Origin: an uncultured Gemmatimonadales bacterium
Lineage (GTDB): Bacteria; Gemmatimonadota; Gemmatimonadetes; Gemmatimonadales; GWC2-71-9
Length of the DNA stretch: 64,000 bases
Reading direction: 5' to 3'
Assembly (NCBI GenBank): GCA_963825055.1
Contig: CAWGSK010000012.1
Location: forward strand, 1 to 64,000
A program made the translations under genes and the position numbers. The notes under the pieces were generated by a model. The model had not been told where the DNA came from. It made no database searches and saw only the letters and a program-made list of their open reading frames with translations. Positions 10,545 through 22,194 of this stretch are shown here, piece by piece. Within the stretch, counting starts at the first letter, position 1; the number at the start of each line of letters is the position of its first letter.

Positions 10545-12445
10545 CCGACCTCACGACACCGGAGGCCGTGGCCGAACTGCGACACGAGCTCCGCACTCCC
10601 CTGAACCTGATCATTGGCTACGCCGAGATGCTGCTCGAGGACGCCGATGACCCTGACCAGCGCGGCCAGCTCCAGGCTGTGCTGGCAGGCGGTCGCGACG
10701 TGCTCCGGCGCATCAACGTCAGCCTCGCCTCATCCCGCGAGTCCGTGACGGCTGCCGAGCTGGATGCCATCGTGGACGATCTGCGGGAGCCGCAGGGCAG
10801 GATCGTGGAAGCGACCACGGCTCTCATGGCCATGGCACCGGACCCGCAACTCGAGCGCGACCTGCGGCGGATCAGGAGTGCCTCGGAGCGCCTGCTGAGC
10901 TTCGAACTGCCGGACATGCTGGGAGGAACGGCCGAGATCGTCGCCCACGACACGACGATGACGCGAAGCGTGCCCGTAGCGGAGTACCCGGCGCGCATCC
11001 TCGTCGTGGATGACCAGGAGGACAACCGGGCCGTGCTGGAGCGGCGCCTCCGGCGTCAGGGGCACACCGTCCAGTCGGCGACGGGCGGGATCGCCGCGCT
11101 GGCCATGCTGGAGCGGGAGCAGTTCGACCTGGTCCTGCTGGACGTGCTGATGCCGGACCTGGACGGGTACGCGGTGCTCGAGCGGATGAAGGGCCACTCC
11201 GCGACCCGGGACATCCCGGTCATCATGATTTCGGCGCTCGACGACATTCGCAGCGTCGTGCGCTGCATCGAGTACGGCGCGGAGGACCACCTGTCGAAGC
11301 CGTTTGACCCGATCCTGCTGCGCGCCCGGATCAGTGCCTGCCTCGAGAAGAAACGGCTGCGGGACAGCGAACTCGAGTATCTGCGGCAGGTGGATCATGT
11401 CATCGCGGCCGCCACCGCGGTGGAGTCCGGGACCTATGACCCGGAACGCCTCGCCCCGGTGGCGCGCCGCGCCGACGCCCTCGGCCGGCTCGCGCGTGTC
11501 TTCAACACGATGGCGGACCAGGTGCGGGCCCGGGAGGAGCGCCTCAGGGGGCAGGTGGAGGCGCTGCGTGAGGAGATCTCCCACGCCCGTGCCGGGTCGG
11601 CGGACGATCCGGCCCGGACGCCGGGACTCCCCACCGGACACGTCATCGCCGGCCGGTATGAGATCCTGGCGGAGGTGGGGCGGGGAGGCATGGGGCTGGT
11701 TTACCGCGCGCTGGACCGCGAACTGGGCGAGCAGGTCGCCATCAAGACCCTGCGGACCGACCTCGTGCGTGACGAGTCCATGGTGGAACGATTCAAGTCC
11801 GAGATCCGGCTGGCGCGGCACATCTCGGACAAGCATGTGGTCCGGACCCACGACATCGGGGAATGGGAAGGCCTGTACTACCTGACAATGGAATATGTCC
11901 AGGGCATTACGGTCCGCGAGCTGATCGACACGCGCGAGCGCCTCGGCGCCGAGGCGACCCTGGCCATTGCGGGACAGCTGGCGCAGTCGCTGGCCGCCGC
12001 GCACGAGCAGGGGATCATTCACCGGGACATCAAGCCCCAGAACCTCCTGTTGGACCGGGCCGGGATGCTCAAGGTGATGGATTTCGGGGTGGCCCGCCTG
12101 GCCGAGCGCCCCAGCGGCATTACCGAGACCGGCATGGTCGTGGGCACCCCGAGCTACATGGCGCCGGAGCAGATGCTGGGCGAGGAGATGGACTCGCGCA
12201 GCGACCTGTACGCCGTCGGCGTCGTGATGTACGAGTGCCTGACCGGACGGCTGCCGCATGAGGCGCCGTCAATGGTCGCGCTCATCGGCAAGGTGCTTCG
12301 TGAGGATCCCGTCCCGCCCGCGAACCTGGTCATCGACATTCCCCCGGCGCTGAGTGCGCTGGTACTTCGGCTTCTGGCCAAGGAAGTCGCCAATCGCCCT
12401 GCGAGCGCGGAGGAACTGCTCACCTTGCTGGGGGCGCTGGCGTGA
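10541..12445 (+). CDS. HisKA(DHp)-REC-helical linker-Hanks-type Ser/Thr kinase fusion
   Basis: N-terminal [18 protein letters not shown] with no HATPase domain. REC ILVVDD..LLDVLMP..SKP. Kinase GRGGMG, VAIK, HRDIKPQN, DFG, GTPSYMAPE, DLYAVG. Confidence 0.88.
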   Translation: MTDLTTPEAVAELRHELRTPLNLIIGYAEMLLEDADDPDQRGQLQAVLAGGRDVLRRINVSLASSRESVTAAELDAIVDDLREPQGRIVEATTALMAMAPDPQLERDLRRIRSASERLLSFELPDMLGGTAEIVAHDTTMTRSVPVAEYPARILVVDDQEDNRAVLERRLRRQGHTVQSATGGIAALAMLEREQFDLVLLDVLMPDLDGYAVLERMKGHSATRDIPVIMISALDDIRSVVRCIEYGAEDHLSKPFDPILLRARISACLEKKRLRDSELEYLRQVDHVIAAATAVESGTYDPERLAPVARRADALGRLARVFNTMADQVRAREERLRGQVEALREEISHARAGSADDPARTPGLPTGHVIAGRYEILAEVGRGGMGLVYRALDRELGEQVAIKTLRTDLVRDESMVERFKSEIRLARHISDKHVVRTHDIGEWEGLYYLTMEYVQGITVRELIDTRERLGAEATLAIAGQLAQSLAAAHEQGIIHRDIKPQNLLLDRAGMLKVMDFGVARLAERPSGITETGMVVGTPSYMAPEQMLGEEMDSRSDLYAVGVVMYECLTGRLPHEAPSMVALIGKVLREDPVPPANLVIDIPPALSALVLRLLAKEVANRPASAEELLTLLGALA

Positions 12446-12464
12446 GGGCAGCGGAAGGACGGTA

Positions 12465-15089
<2,625 letters not shown>

Positions 15090-15118
15090 CATCCTCGTCC
15101 GGAATCAAGGAGAAGCCC

Positions 15119-15325
15119 ATGCTGAAACCAGCGCTCCAACTTACGGTCGGCGGGATCGTGACGGTCCTGCTCTGGAAACTCGCCGTCGCCCTGCTGCTGC
15201 CGATCATCGGCGTGGCCGCCGGATTGCTGCTCCTGGCCATGAAGATCCTCTTCTTCGCGGTCATCGTGCTGCTGGTGTGGCTGGTGTACCGGTACCTGAA
15301 CGGTCGAGCCGAGTCCGCCGCGTGA
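15119..15325 (+). CDS. Small hydrophobic membrane protein
   Basis: AAGGAG RBS upstream; 68 aa, almost entirely hydrophobic. Confidence 0.7.
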   Translation: MLKPALQLTVGGIVTVLLWKLAVALLLPIIGVAAGLLLLAMKILFFAVIVLLVWLVYRYLNGRAESAA

Positions 15326-15347
15326 GCCTGTCCGGACCGGTCGTCCC

Positions 15348-16409
15348 GTGAAGCGTCGCACGTTTCTTCAGGGCCTCGGTGCGGGTGGGCTGGCGCTCGG
15401 CGGACTGCCGGCGCTGGTCATGCCGCGCCAGGCCCGGGGGACGACCGGCCACTGGGTGTGGGCCCATGGCGGGGGCGATGAAGGGACGTCCCTGTGGCGC
15501 CGCCGGTTCGACCGGCTTCGGGCCGCCGGCTTCGCGGGTGTTCATGCCGGCGGCCACGATCCCGCCACGGCCGACGCCGCGCATGAGGCGGGACTCACCT
15601 TCTCGCGCTGGACCTGGACCCTGAACCGGAGCGGCGACCCCTGGGTGAAGGAGCATCATCCCGAGTGGTTTACGGTCAGCCGGGCAGGAACATCGAGCCT
15701 GACGGACCCGCCCTACGTAGGATACTACCAGTGGCTCTGCCCGACCCGGGCGGGAGTGCGGACTTACCTCCGTGACCAGGTGGCGGCGATTGCGGCGGAC
15801 CCGCGGGTGGACATGGTGCACCTGGACTATGTCCGGCATTGCGATGTGATCCTGCCCCGCGGCCTCTGGGCGAAGTACGGGCTGGTGCAGGATCACGAAA
15901 TGCCACGCTTCGATTTCTGCTACTGCGAGGTGTGCCGGTCTGCCTTCATGGCGGAAGGGGAAGGCGATCCGCTGCGCCTGCCCGATCCCGCCGCCAACGC
16001 TGCCTGGCGCCGGTTCCGCTGGGACAGCGTGACCACGCTGGTCCGGGAACTGGCCGCCACCGTCCATGCGGCCGGGAAGCGGATCAGTGCCGCGGTCTTT
16101 CCGACGCCGGCCCTGGCGCGAACACTCGTACGACAGGCCTGGGACGAGTGGCCGCTCGATGCCGTGTTCCCGATGCTGTACCACGGGTTCTACAAGGAAG
16201 ACATCGCCTGGATCGGCGCCTGTGCAGCCGAGGGACGCCGCGCGCTTCCGGCGTCGACGCCGCTCTTCGCGGGAGTGTACCTGCCCGACCTGACCCCTGC
16301 CGAACTCGCTCGGGCCCGTCGGGTCGCGACGGAGGCCGGCGCGGCGGGCGTGAGTGTGTTCGAGCTTCAGGGCCTGACCGACGCCCACCTCGCCGCGCTG
16401 GCGGGCTGA
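15348..16409 (+). CDS. Tat-exported glycosyl hydrolase-like (GHL10/DUF187-type) TIM-barrel protein
   Basis: KRRTFLQG twin-arginine signal; HPEWFTVSR, WLCP, VHLDYVR, CYCEVC, ISAAVF, QAWDEW, PMLY. Confidence 0.7.
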   Translation: MKRRTFLQGLGAGGLALGGLPALVMPRQARGTTGHWVWAHGGGDEGTSLWRRRFDRLRAAGFAGVHAGGHDPATADAAHEAGLTFSRWTWTLNRSGDPWVKEHHPEWFTVSRAGTSSLTDPPYVGYYQWLCPTRAGVRTYLRDQVAAIAADPRVDMVHLDYVRHCDVILPRGLWAKYGLVQDHEMPRFDFCYCEVCRSAFMAEGEGDPLRLPDPAANAAWRRFRWDSVTTLVRELAATVHAAGKRISAAVFPTPALARTLVRQAWDEWPLDAVFPMLYHGFYKEDIAWIGACAAEGRRALPASTPLFAGVYLPDLTPAELARARRVATEAGAAGVSVFELQGLTDAHLAALAG

Positions 16410-16427
16410 CTTTCACGAAAGACACAC

Positions 16428-18275
16428 ATGTTTTGGCACACCGCACGATTCGCCGTGCTCCTGCCCCTGCTCTGGTTCAGCGGTACGACCAGGGCGCCGG
16501 TTACCGACCTTCCGGCGGTGGCTGCAAACGACAACACCCTGCCCGCGGGCAGGGTGGAGGCAGGAGCGGTGCGTCTGCATCTCACCGCCCGCTATGCGGC
16601 CTGGTATCCCGAGGATCCTGCCGGCGGTCATGTCACGGTGGCGGCGTTCAGCGAAGGTGACGGACCACCCATGATCCCCGCCCCGCTCATCCGGGTGGCG
16701 GAGGGAACCCTCCTGGAGGTGACGGTTACCAATGCGCTGCCGGACAGCACGATCACGGTGATGGGCCTGCAGGAGCATCCCGCCGGCACCCTGGATTCTG
16801 TCGACCTGGCCCCGGGCGAAAGCCGTCTCTTCCGTTTTGCCGCCGGCAGGCCCGGGACCTACTACTATCGCGCTTCGCCGGGGGTCGTTCCGGATGACCG
16901 CGAGTCGGCGGAACGCGAGCAGCTCGGCGGCGCGCTGGTGGTCGATCCCGCCGGGGCCGTGGCCAGCGACCGGATCTTCGTCATGAACATCTGGACCAAT
17001 CCGCCGGATTCAGCGGCGGGTCGCCCGGACTGGACCGAGGTGCTGGCGATCAACGGCCGGTCGTGGCCCTGGACGGAACGGATCTCCGGGGCCGTCGGGG
17101 ACACGATGGCGTGGCGCTGGGTCAACCTGAGCCGCCGGAACCACCCGATGCACCTCCACGGCGCGTTCTTCCGCGTGGACGCCCGCGGCACCGGCCTCGA
17201 GGACACGCTGTACGACCGGGTGGCGCAGCGCGAAGCGGTGACCGAGGAGATGATGCCCTGGTCCACGATGCTCGTTCGATGGGCCCCCGTATTTGCGGGA
17301 AACTGGCTGTTCCACTGTCACATCGTCTTCCACGTGGCGCCGGAGTTGCACCTGCCGTCCCCCGGCGGCGGTCAGGCGCATGGGGGAATGAACCATATGG
17401 CGGGGCTCACGCTGGGGGTCCAGGCGCACGACCGGCCAGGAGCACAGCCCGCTCCGCGCCCGGATCCCGAGCGGATACGGCTCGTGGCCCTGGAAGCGAC
17501 GGGGCACGGCCGTGCGCCGAGAGCCATGACCTACCTCCGCGACCCGTCCCCCGGTGATGCCGCCGGGCCCCTGACAGTTCCCGCCCCGCCGCTCATTCTC
17601 GAACGCGGGCGGCCGACGGACGTCACGGTAGTCAACCAGCTCTCCGAGCCGACCGGTGTGCACTGGCACGGGCTGGAGCTGGAAAGCAGGTCCGATGGCG
17701 TGGTGGGCTGGAGCGGAAGCGACCTGGGTGTCATGCGCGCCGTGGGGGCCGGCGATTCCTTCGTGGCCCACCTGACCCTGCGGCGAGCGGGCACGTTCAT
17801 CTATCACACCCACCTGAACGACCTCGAGCAGCTGACCTCAGGCCTCTACGGCGCCATCATCGTGCTCGAGCCCGGCCAGGCATGGGATCCGTCCACCGAT
17901 CACGTCTACGTCGCCGGTTGGGACGGTTCGGATGATGCCTCCATTCCGCAGATCGTGATCAATGGCGATTCGCTGCCCGGACCGGATACGCTGGCGGCCG
18001 GGGTGCCCCACCGCTTCCGGTTCGTCAACATTGCGCCGGCCGGTCGGGTCGCGTGGGTGCTCCGCCGGGATGGCGTCCCCGTATCGTGGCGGGTCGTTGC
18101 CAAGGACGGAATGACGCTACCGGGACGGCGGGCTGTCATTGGGTCGGCCCGCACGGTCCTCGATGTGGGAGAAACCATGGATTTCGAGATTGTCCCCGAG
18201 CCGGGGGTCTACACGCTCGACGCCGGGCTCCTGGTGAAGCAGGGTGCGGTGGTCCAGACGATCGTGGTGCGCTGA
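16428..18275 (+). CDS. Secreted multicopper oxidase, four cupredoxin domains
   Basis: Signal peptide; HPMHLHG, WLFHCHIVFH...HM, VHWHG, YHTH copper ligand motifs. Confidence 0.85.
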   Translation: MFWHTARFAVLLPLLWFSGTTRAPVTDLPAVAANDNTLPAGRVEAGAVRLHLTARYAAWYPEDPAGGHVTVAAFSEGDGPPMIPAPLIRVAEGTLLEVTVTNALPDSTITVMGLQEHPAGTLDSVDLAPGESRLFRFAAGRPGTYYYRASPGVVPDDRESAEREQLGGALVVDPAGAVASDRIFVMNIWTNPPDSAAGRPDWTEVLAINGRSWPWTERISGAVGDTMAWRWVNLSRRNHPMHLHGAFFRVDARGTGLEDTLYDRVAQREAVTEEMMPWSTMLVRWAPVFAGNWLFHCHIVFHVAPELHLPSPGGGQAHGGMNHMAGLTLGVQAHDRPGAQPAPRPDPERIRLVALEATGHGRAPRAMTYLRDPSPGDAAGPLTVPAPPLILERGRPTDVTVVNQLSEPTGVHWHGLELESRSDGVVGWSGSDLGVMRAVGAGDSFVAHLTLRRAGTFIYHTHLNDLEQLTSGLYGAIIVLEPGQAWDPSTDHVYVAGWDGSDDASIPQIVINGDSLPGPDTLAAGVPHRFRFVNIAPAGRVAWVLRRDGVPVSWRVVAKDGMTLPGRRAVIGSARTVLDVGETMDFEIVPEPGVYTLDAGLLVKQGAVVQTIVVR

Positions 18276-18415
18276 CTCGCGCACGGCAAGGTTCCCACAT
18301 TATGATGGATCACGACTCGTTGCGGAGGCTCTGCTCCCACGGAAGATCCCCTGTGCACCAGTGGACCACGCATGCCGACGTACGCACTGACCGCTGACCG
18401 GCAGGAGCACCACCG

Positions 18416-21016
18416 GTGAGCGACACCCTCGAGAACCTGCGGACGGCCCTCGCCGGCCGCTACCAGATCGAGCGCCAGCTCGGTTCCGGCGGCATGGCGA
18501 CCGTGTACCTGGCCCGTGACCTCAAGCATGGCCGGCAGGTTGCCATCAAGGTCCTGCGCCCCGAGCTGGCCGCGGTCATCGGGGCCCGGCGCTTCCTGCA
18601 TGAGATCGCCACCGTCGCCGTCCTGCAGCACCCCCGTATCCTCGGACTGATCGACAGCGGGGAGGCGAACGGGACTGCCTGGTATGTCATGCCCTACGTG
18701 GACGGTGAGTCCCTTCGTGACCGTCTCGAGCGCGAAAAGCAGCTGTCGGTGCCTGAGGCCGTGCGCATCACCACGGAAGTGGGGAGCGCCCTGGATTACG
18801 CCCACCGTCAGGGCATCGTCCACCGGGACATCAAGCCGGAGAACATCCTGCTGCAGGATGGCCAGGCCCTGGTCGCCGATTTCGGTATCGCGCTCGCCCT
18901 GGGGTCGGTAGGGGGGGACCGCATCACGGAAACCGGACTGTCGCTCGGCACGCCCCATTACATGAGTCCGGAGCAGGCCACGGGCGAACGCGACATCACC
19001 GCGCGGTCCGACATCTTCTCCCTCGGCGTGGTCACCTACGAGATGCTGGCGGGCGACCCGCCGTTTACCGGCAGCACCGCGCAGGCCGTGATCGGCAAGC
19101 TCCTGGCCGACGACCCGGTCCCCCTGCGGCGCCATCGGCGATCCGTCCCCGAGCACGTCGACGAGGCGGTCGGTCTCGCGCTCGAGAAGCTGCCGGCGGA
19201 TCGGTTTGCTACGGCGACGGCCTTCACCGAACGGCTGGCCGCGCCCACGGGCCGGGCCGTGGTGGTGCGCGCGGGCAACCGGGCGGGCTGGGTGGCCGGC
19301 GTGGCGTTGCTGGCGGGTGCGCTGGGAGTGCTGGCAGGGCTGCGACTTGCGGGAAGCGCCGGGGCAGGCGGGGCGTACTTCGGCCGGGGGACCCGGCTGT
19401 CCTGGCAGCCGGGCCTCGAGATCCAGCCGGCGATCTCCCCCGATGGGCGGTTTGTGGCCTATGCCGGTGGCGCGGCAACGTCGACCCGGATCTTTGTCCG
19501 GCAGATCTCCGGTGGCCGGGTCATTGCGCTGAGCGACGATTCGACCGAGGTCCAGTCGTCTCCCACCTGGTCTCCCGACGGCACCCGGATTCTCTATCTC
19601 TCCGATGGGGCCGTGTTCAGCGCGCCGGCATCCGGGGGACCGGCGCGGCAGGAGGTGCGTGCGCGCGCCGGGAATCGTGTCCTTTCCGCGGAATGGAGTT
19701 GGGACGGCAGGGTCATCGCCTTCGCGGCCGGGGATTCGCTCTTCCTGCAGGCGGCCGGGGATACGGCCCGGTTCGTGACCACCGTCCGAAGCCCGAACAA
19801 CTGCCGCTGGTCACCGGATTCACGGATGATCGCCTGTGCCTCGGGCAACGCGCAGTTTGCGTCCATCGGTTCCCTCTTCGGGAACCTTGCGGCGAGCGCG
19901 ATCGTCACAGTGTCCGTGCCGAGCGGAAACCGGACCTACCTCACCGACAGTACGGGGGTCAACCAGACGCCGATCTGGTCGCCGGACGGCCGGGAGGTCT
20001 ACTTCATTTCCAACCGGCACGGCCCCCTCGATATCTATCGCGTTCCCGCCAGCGGCGGAGAGCCGTCGCGGCTGACGACCGGACTGGGTGTCTATGGCAT
20101 TTCGCTTTCTGCGGACGGGGCGGAACTGGCCTACTCCGTTTTGCGGGACGTCGGCAACGTCTGGTCGTTGCCCGCCGGGCCCGAACCTGTCCACTTCCGC
20201 GACGCGGTTCCCGTCACCACCGGAACGCTTCCGGTGGATGCCTTCTCCGTGTCACGGGACGGAGTGTGGCTCCTGTACTCGGCCGACCTTTCAGGAAACG
20301 GTGACCTCTACCGGATGCCCGCGGCCGGCGGGGCGGTCGAGCGTCTGACCACGAACCCGGGAGGCGATTTTGCCCCCGACCTGTCCCCGGGTTCCCGGCC
20401 CGAACTCGCGTTTCACTCCTGGCGGGGCGGCACCCGTGACATCTATGTCATGCCACTGGATGGCGGCCCATTGCAGACCGTCGCCGCATCAGCGAGAGAG
20501 GAGGTCATGGCGCGATGGTCCCCGGACGCGTCGGCCATCGTGTTCGCCTATTTCGACCAGGTGGGGGGACTCGGCCTCGTGCGCCGGCGGCCGGACGGCA
20601 CGTGGAGTCCGCCGGTCCTCCGGCTGGCGAACGGAGGCTATCCGTCTTGGTCCCCGGACGGGCGGCTGCTGACGTATACCACCGACCGCGATGGGGGATC
20701 TCTCATGGTCATTCCGGTCGATTCGGGGCCGCCGCGGGCCGTGATTGACGCCTCACGCCCCGGGATGCCGACGGCGGGGATGGCATTCTTCAGCCCTGAC
20801 GGAAGTGACATCTTCTTCATGAGTCCGGGTAATGGTGGGGTCTCCGGGATCTGGCGTGTTCCCCTGAATGGCGGGGTCCCCCGCAGGGTGGTGGCGTTCG
20901 ATGATCCCGTCCGACCCGTCTACCACCCCTTCTGGGCCCTGCGCAACAACCGGCTTTTCTTTACCGTGCAGGAGCAACATACCGAAACGTGGGTAATGGA
21001 CCTGCGTCAGCCCTGA
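18416..21016 (+). CDS. Ser/Thr protein kinase with TM helix and TolB-like beta-propeller (paralogue of 12465..15089)
   Basis: AGGAG RBS, GTG start; intact kinase motifs; WSPDG repeats; long blocks shared with the first copy. Confidence 0.9.
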   Translation: MSDTLENLRTALAGRYQIERQLGSGGMATVYLARDLKHGRQVAIKVLRPELAAVIGARRFLHEIATVAVLQHPRILGLIDSGEANGTAWYVMPYVDGESLRDRLEREKQLSVPEAVRITTEVGSALDYAHRQGIVHRDIKPENILLQDGQALVADFGIALALGSVGGDRITETGLSLGTPHYMSPEQATGERDITARSDIFSLGVVTYEMLAGDPPFTGSTAQAVIGKLLADDPVPLRRHRRSVPEHVDEAVGLALEKLPADRFATATAFTERLAAPTGRAVVVRAGNRAGWVAGVALLAGALGVLAGLRLAGSAGAGGAYFGRGTRLSWQPGLEIQPAISPDGRFVAYAGGAATSTRIFVRQISGGRVIALSDDSTEVQSSPTWSPDGTRILYLSDGAVFSAPASGGPARQEVRARAGNRVLSAEWSWDGRVIAFAAGDSLFLQAAGDTARFVTTVRSPNNCRWSPDSRMIACASGNAQFASIGSLFGNLAASAIVTVSVPSGNRTYLTDSTGVNQTPIWSPDGREVYFISNRHGPLDIYRVPASGGEPSRLTTGLGVYGISLSADGAELAYSVLRDVGNVWSLPAGPEPVHFRDAVPVTTGTLPVDAFSVSRDGVWLLYSADLSGNGDLYRMPAAGGAVERLTTNPGGDFAPDLSPGSRPELAFHSWRGGTRDIYVMPLDGGPLQTVAASAREEVMARWSPDASAIVFAYFDQVGGLGLVRRRPDGTWSPPVLRLANGGYPSWSPDGRLLTYTTDRDGGSLMVIPVDSGPPRAVIDASRPGMPTAGMAFFSPDGSDIFFMSPGNGGVSGIWRVPLNGGVPRRVVAFDDPVRPVYHPFWALRNNRLFFTVQEQHTETWVMDLRQP

Positions 21017-21131
21017 CGATGTGCTTCCAGACGTCGACCGGGCGTTGATGGTAGCCAGCCTCGCACGCTTCCTGCCCCGGTCAGCATCGTTATCCAGCCG
21101 CGTCGTCCGCAAGTCATTGTCCGGAGCCTCC

Positions 21132-22130
21132 ATGCGCGTCCTCCATTGCCGGCCGCTGCCGATTCATGCATTGTGTGTTGCGGTTCTCCTTGCATGCTCC
21201 CCGGCGGCCGGGCCGGGCAGTGACATCCCGGACGATCCGGGGGCCCCCGGCCTGCCGGGCCTTGGCATCGGAGCCAGCCTCAACGGTACCCGCCCGTTCC
21301 CGCCGGACAACGCCTGGAATACCCGCGTCGACGATGCGCCGGTGGACCCGGCCTCCGATGCCCTGATCGCCTCCATCGGCCTGGGCAGCCACCTCCATCC
21401 TGATTTTGGCGCGGACTGGAACGGCGGTCCGTTCGGGATACCGTACGTCGTGGTCGGGGCGACCACCCCGGGGGTCAACGTCACGTTCGATTATGCGGAT
21501 GAGAGCGATCCGGGGCCGTACCCCGTTCCGGACGGCGCCCCCATCGAGGGCGGCGCCGGCAGCGGTGGGGACCGTCACATTATCATTCTCGACCGGGACA
21601 GCTGGACGCTCTATGAGCTGTTTGCGGCGTATCCCCAGCCCGACGGAACGTGGCAGGCGGGATCCGGAGCGACCTTCGATCTCTCCTCCAATGCGCTCCG
21701 CCCCGCCGGCTGGACCTCCGCGGACGCCGCGGGCCTTCCCATTTTTCCCGGGCTCGTACGATACGACGAAGTCGAAGGCCAGGGAGAGATTCGTCATGCC
21801 CTCCGCTTCACGGTGAGCCGGACCCGCCGGGCCTATGTTAACCCGGCACGACACTGGGCCAGCGCCGATCCCGATCCAGCACTCCCGCCCATGGGCATGC
21901 GCGTGCGGCTCAAGGCGAGCTATGACATCTCCGGCTTCCCTCCACAGGCGCAGGTGATTCTAGAGGCGCTGAAGACCTACGGGATGCTCGTGGCGGACAA
22001 CGGCAGCAACTGGTACATCTCCGGCGCACCCGATCCCCGCTGGGAGGACACCCAGCTGAACACGCTGAAGAGCGTGCCCGGCAGTGCCTTCGAGGTGGTG
22101 AAGATGGAAAACATTCAGGTGGGTCCGTAA
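21132..22130 (+). CDS. Putative lipoprotein of unknown function
   Basis: GGAG RBS before ATG 21132; lipobox-like VLLAC; well-formed soluble domain (GDRH, WTSADAAGLP, YGMLVADNG). Confidence 0.65.
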   Translation: MRVLHCRPLPIHALCVAVLLACSPAAGPGSDIPDDPGAPGLPGLGIGASLNGTRPFPPDNAWNTRVDDAPVDPASDALIASIGLGSHLHPDFGADWNGGPFGIPYVVVGATTPGVNVTFDYADESDPGPYPVPDGAPIEGGAGSGGDRHIIILDRDSWTLYELFAAYPQPDGTWQAGSGATFDLSSNALRPAGWTSADAAGLPIFPGLVRYDEVEGQGEIRHALRFTVSRTRRAYVNPARHWASADPDPALPPMGMRVRLKASYDISGFPPQAQVILEALKTYGMLVADNGSNWYISGAPDPRWEDTQLNTLKSVPGSAFEVVKMENIQVGP

Positions 22131-22146
22131 CGACCGTCCAACCGGG

Positions 22147-22193
22147 TGCCGACTGCCGACTCCCTATTCCCTGTTTCCTGTCGTCTGCTCCCC
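22147..22193. repeat. Degenerate 7-bp tandem repeats between convergent genes
   Basis: tgccgac tgccgac tccctat tccctgt ttcctgt. Confidence 0.5.
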
Positions 22194-22194
22194 C

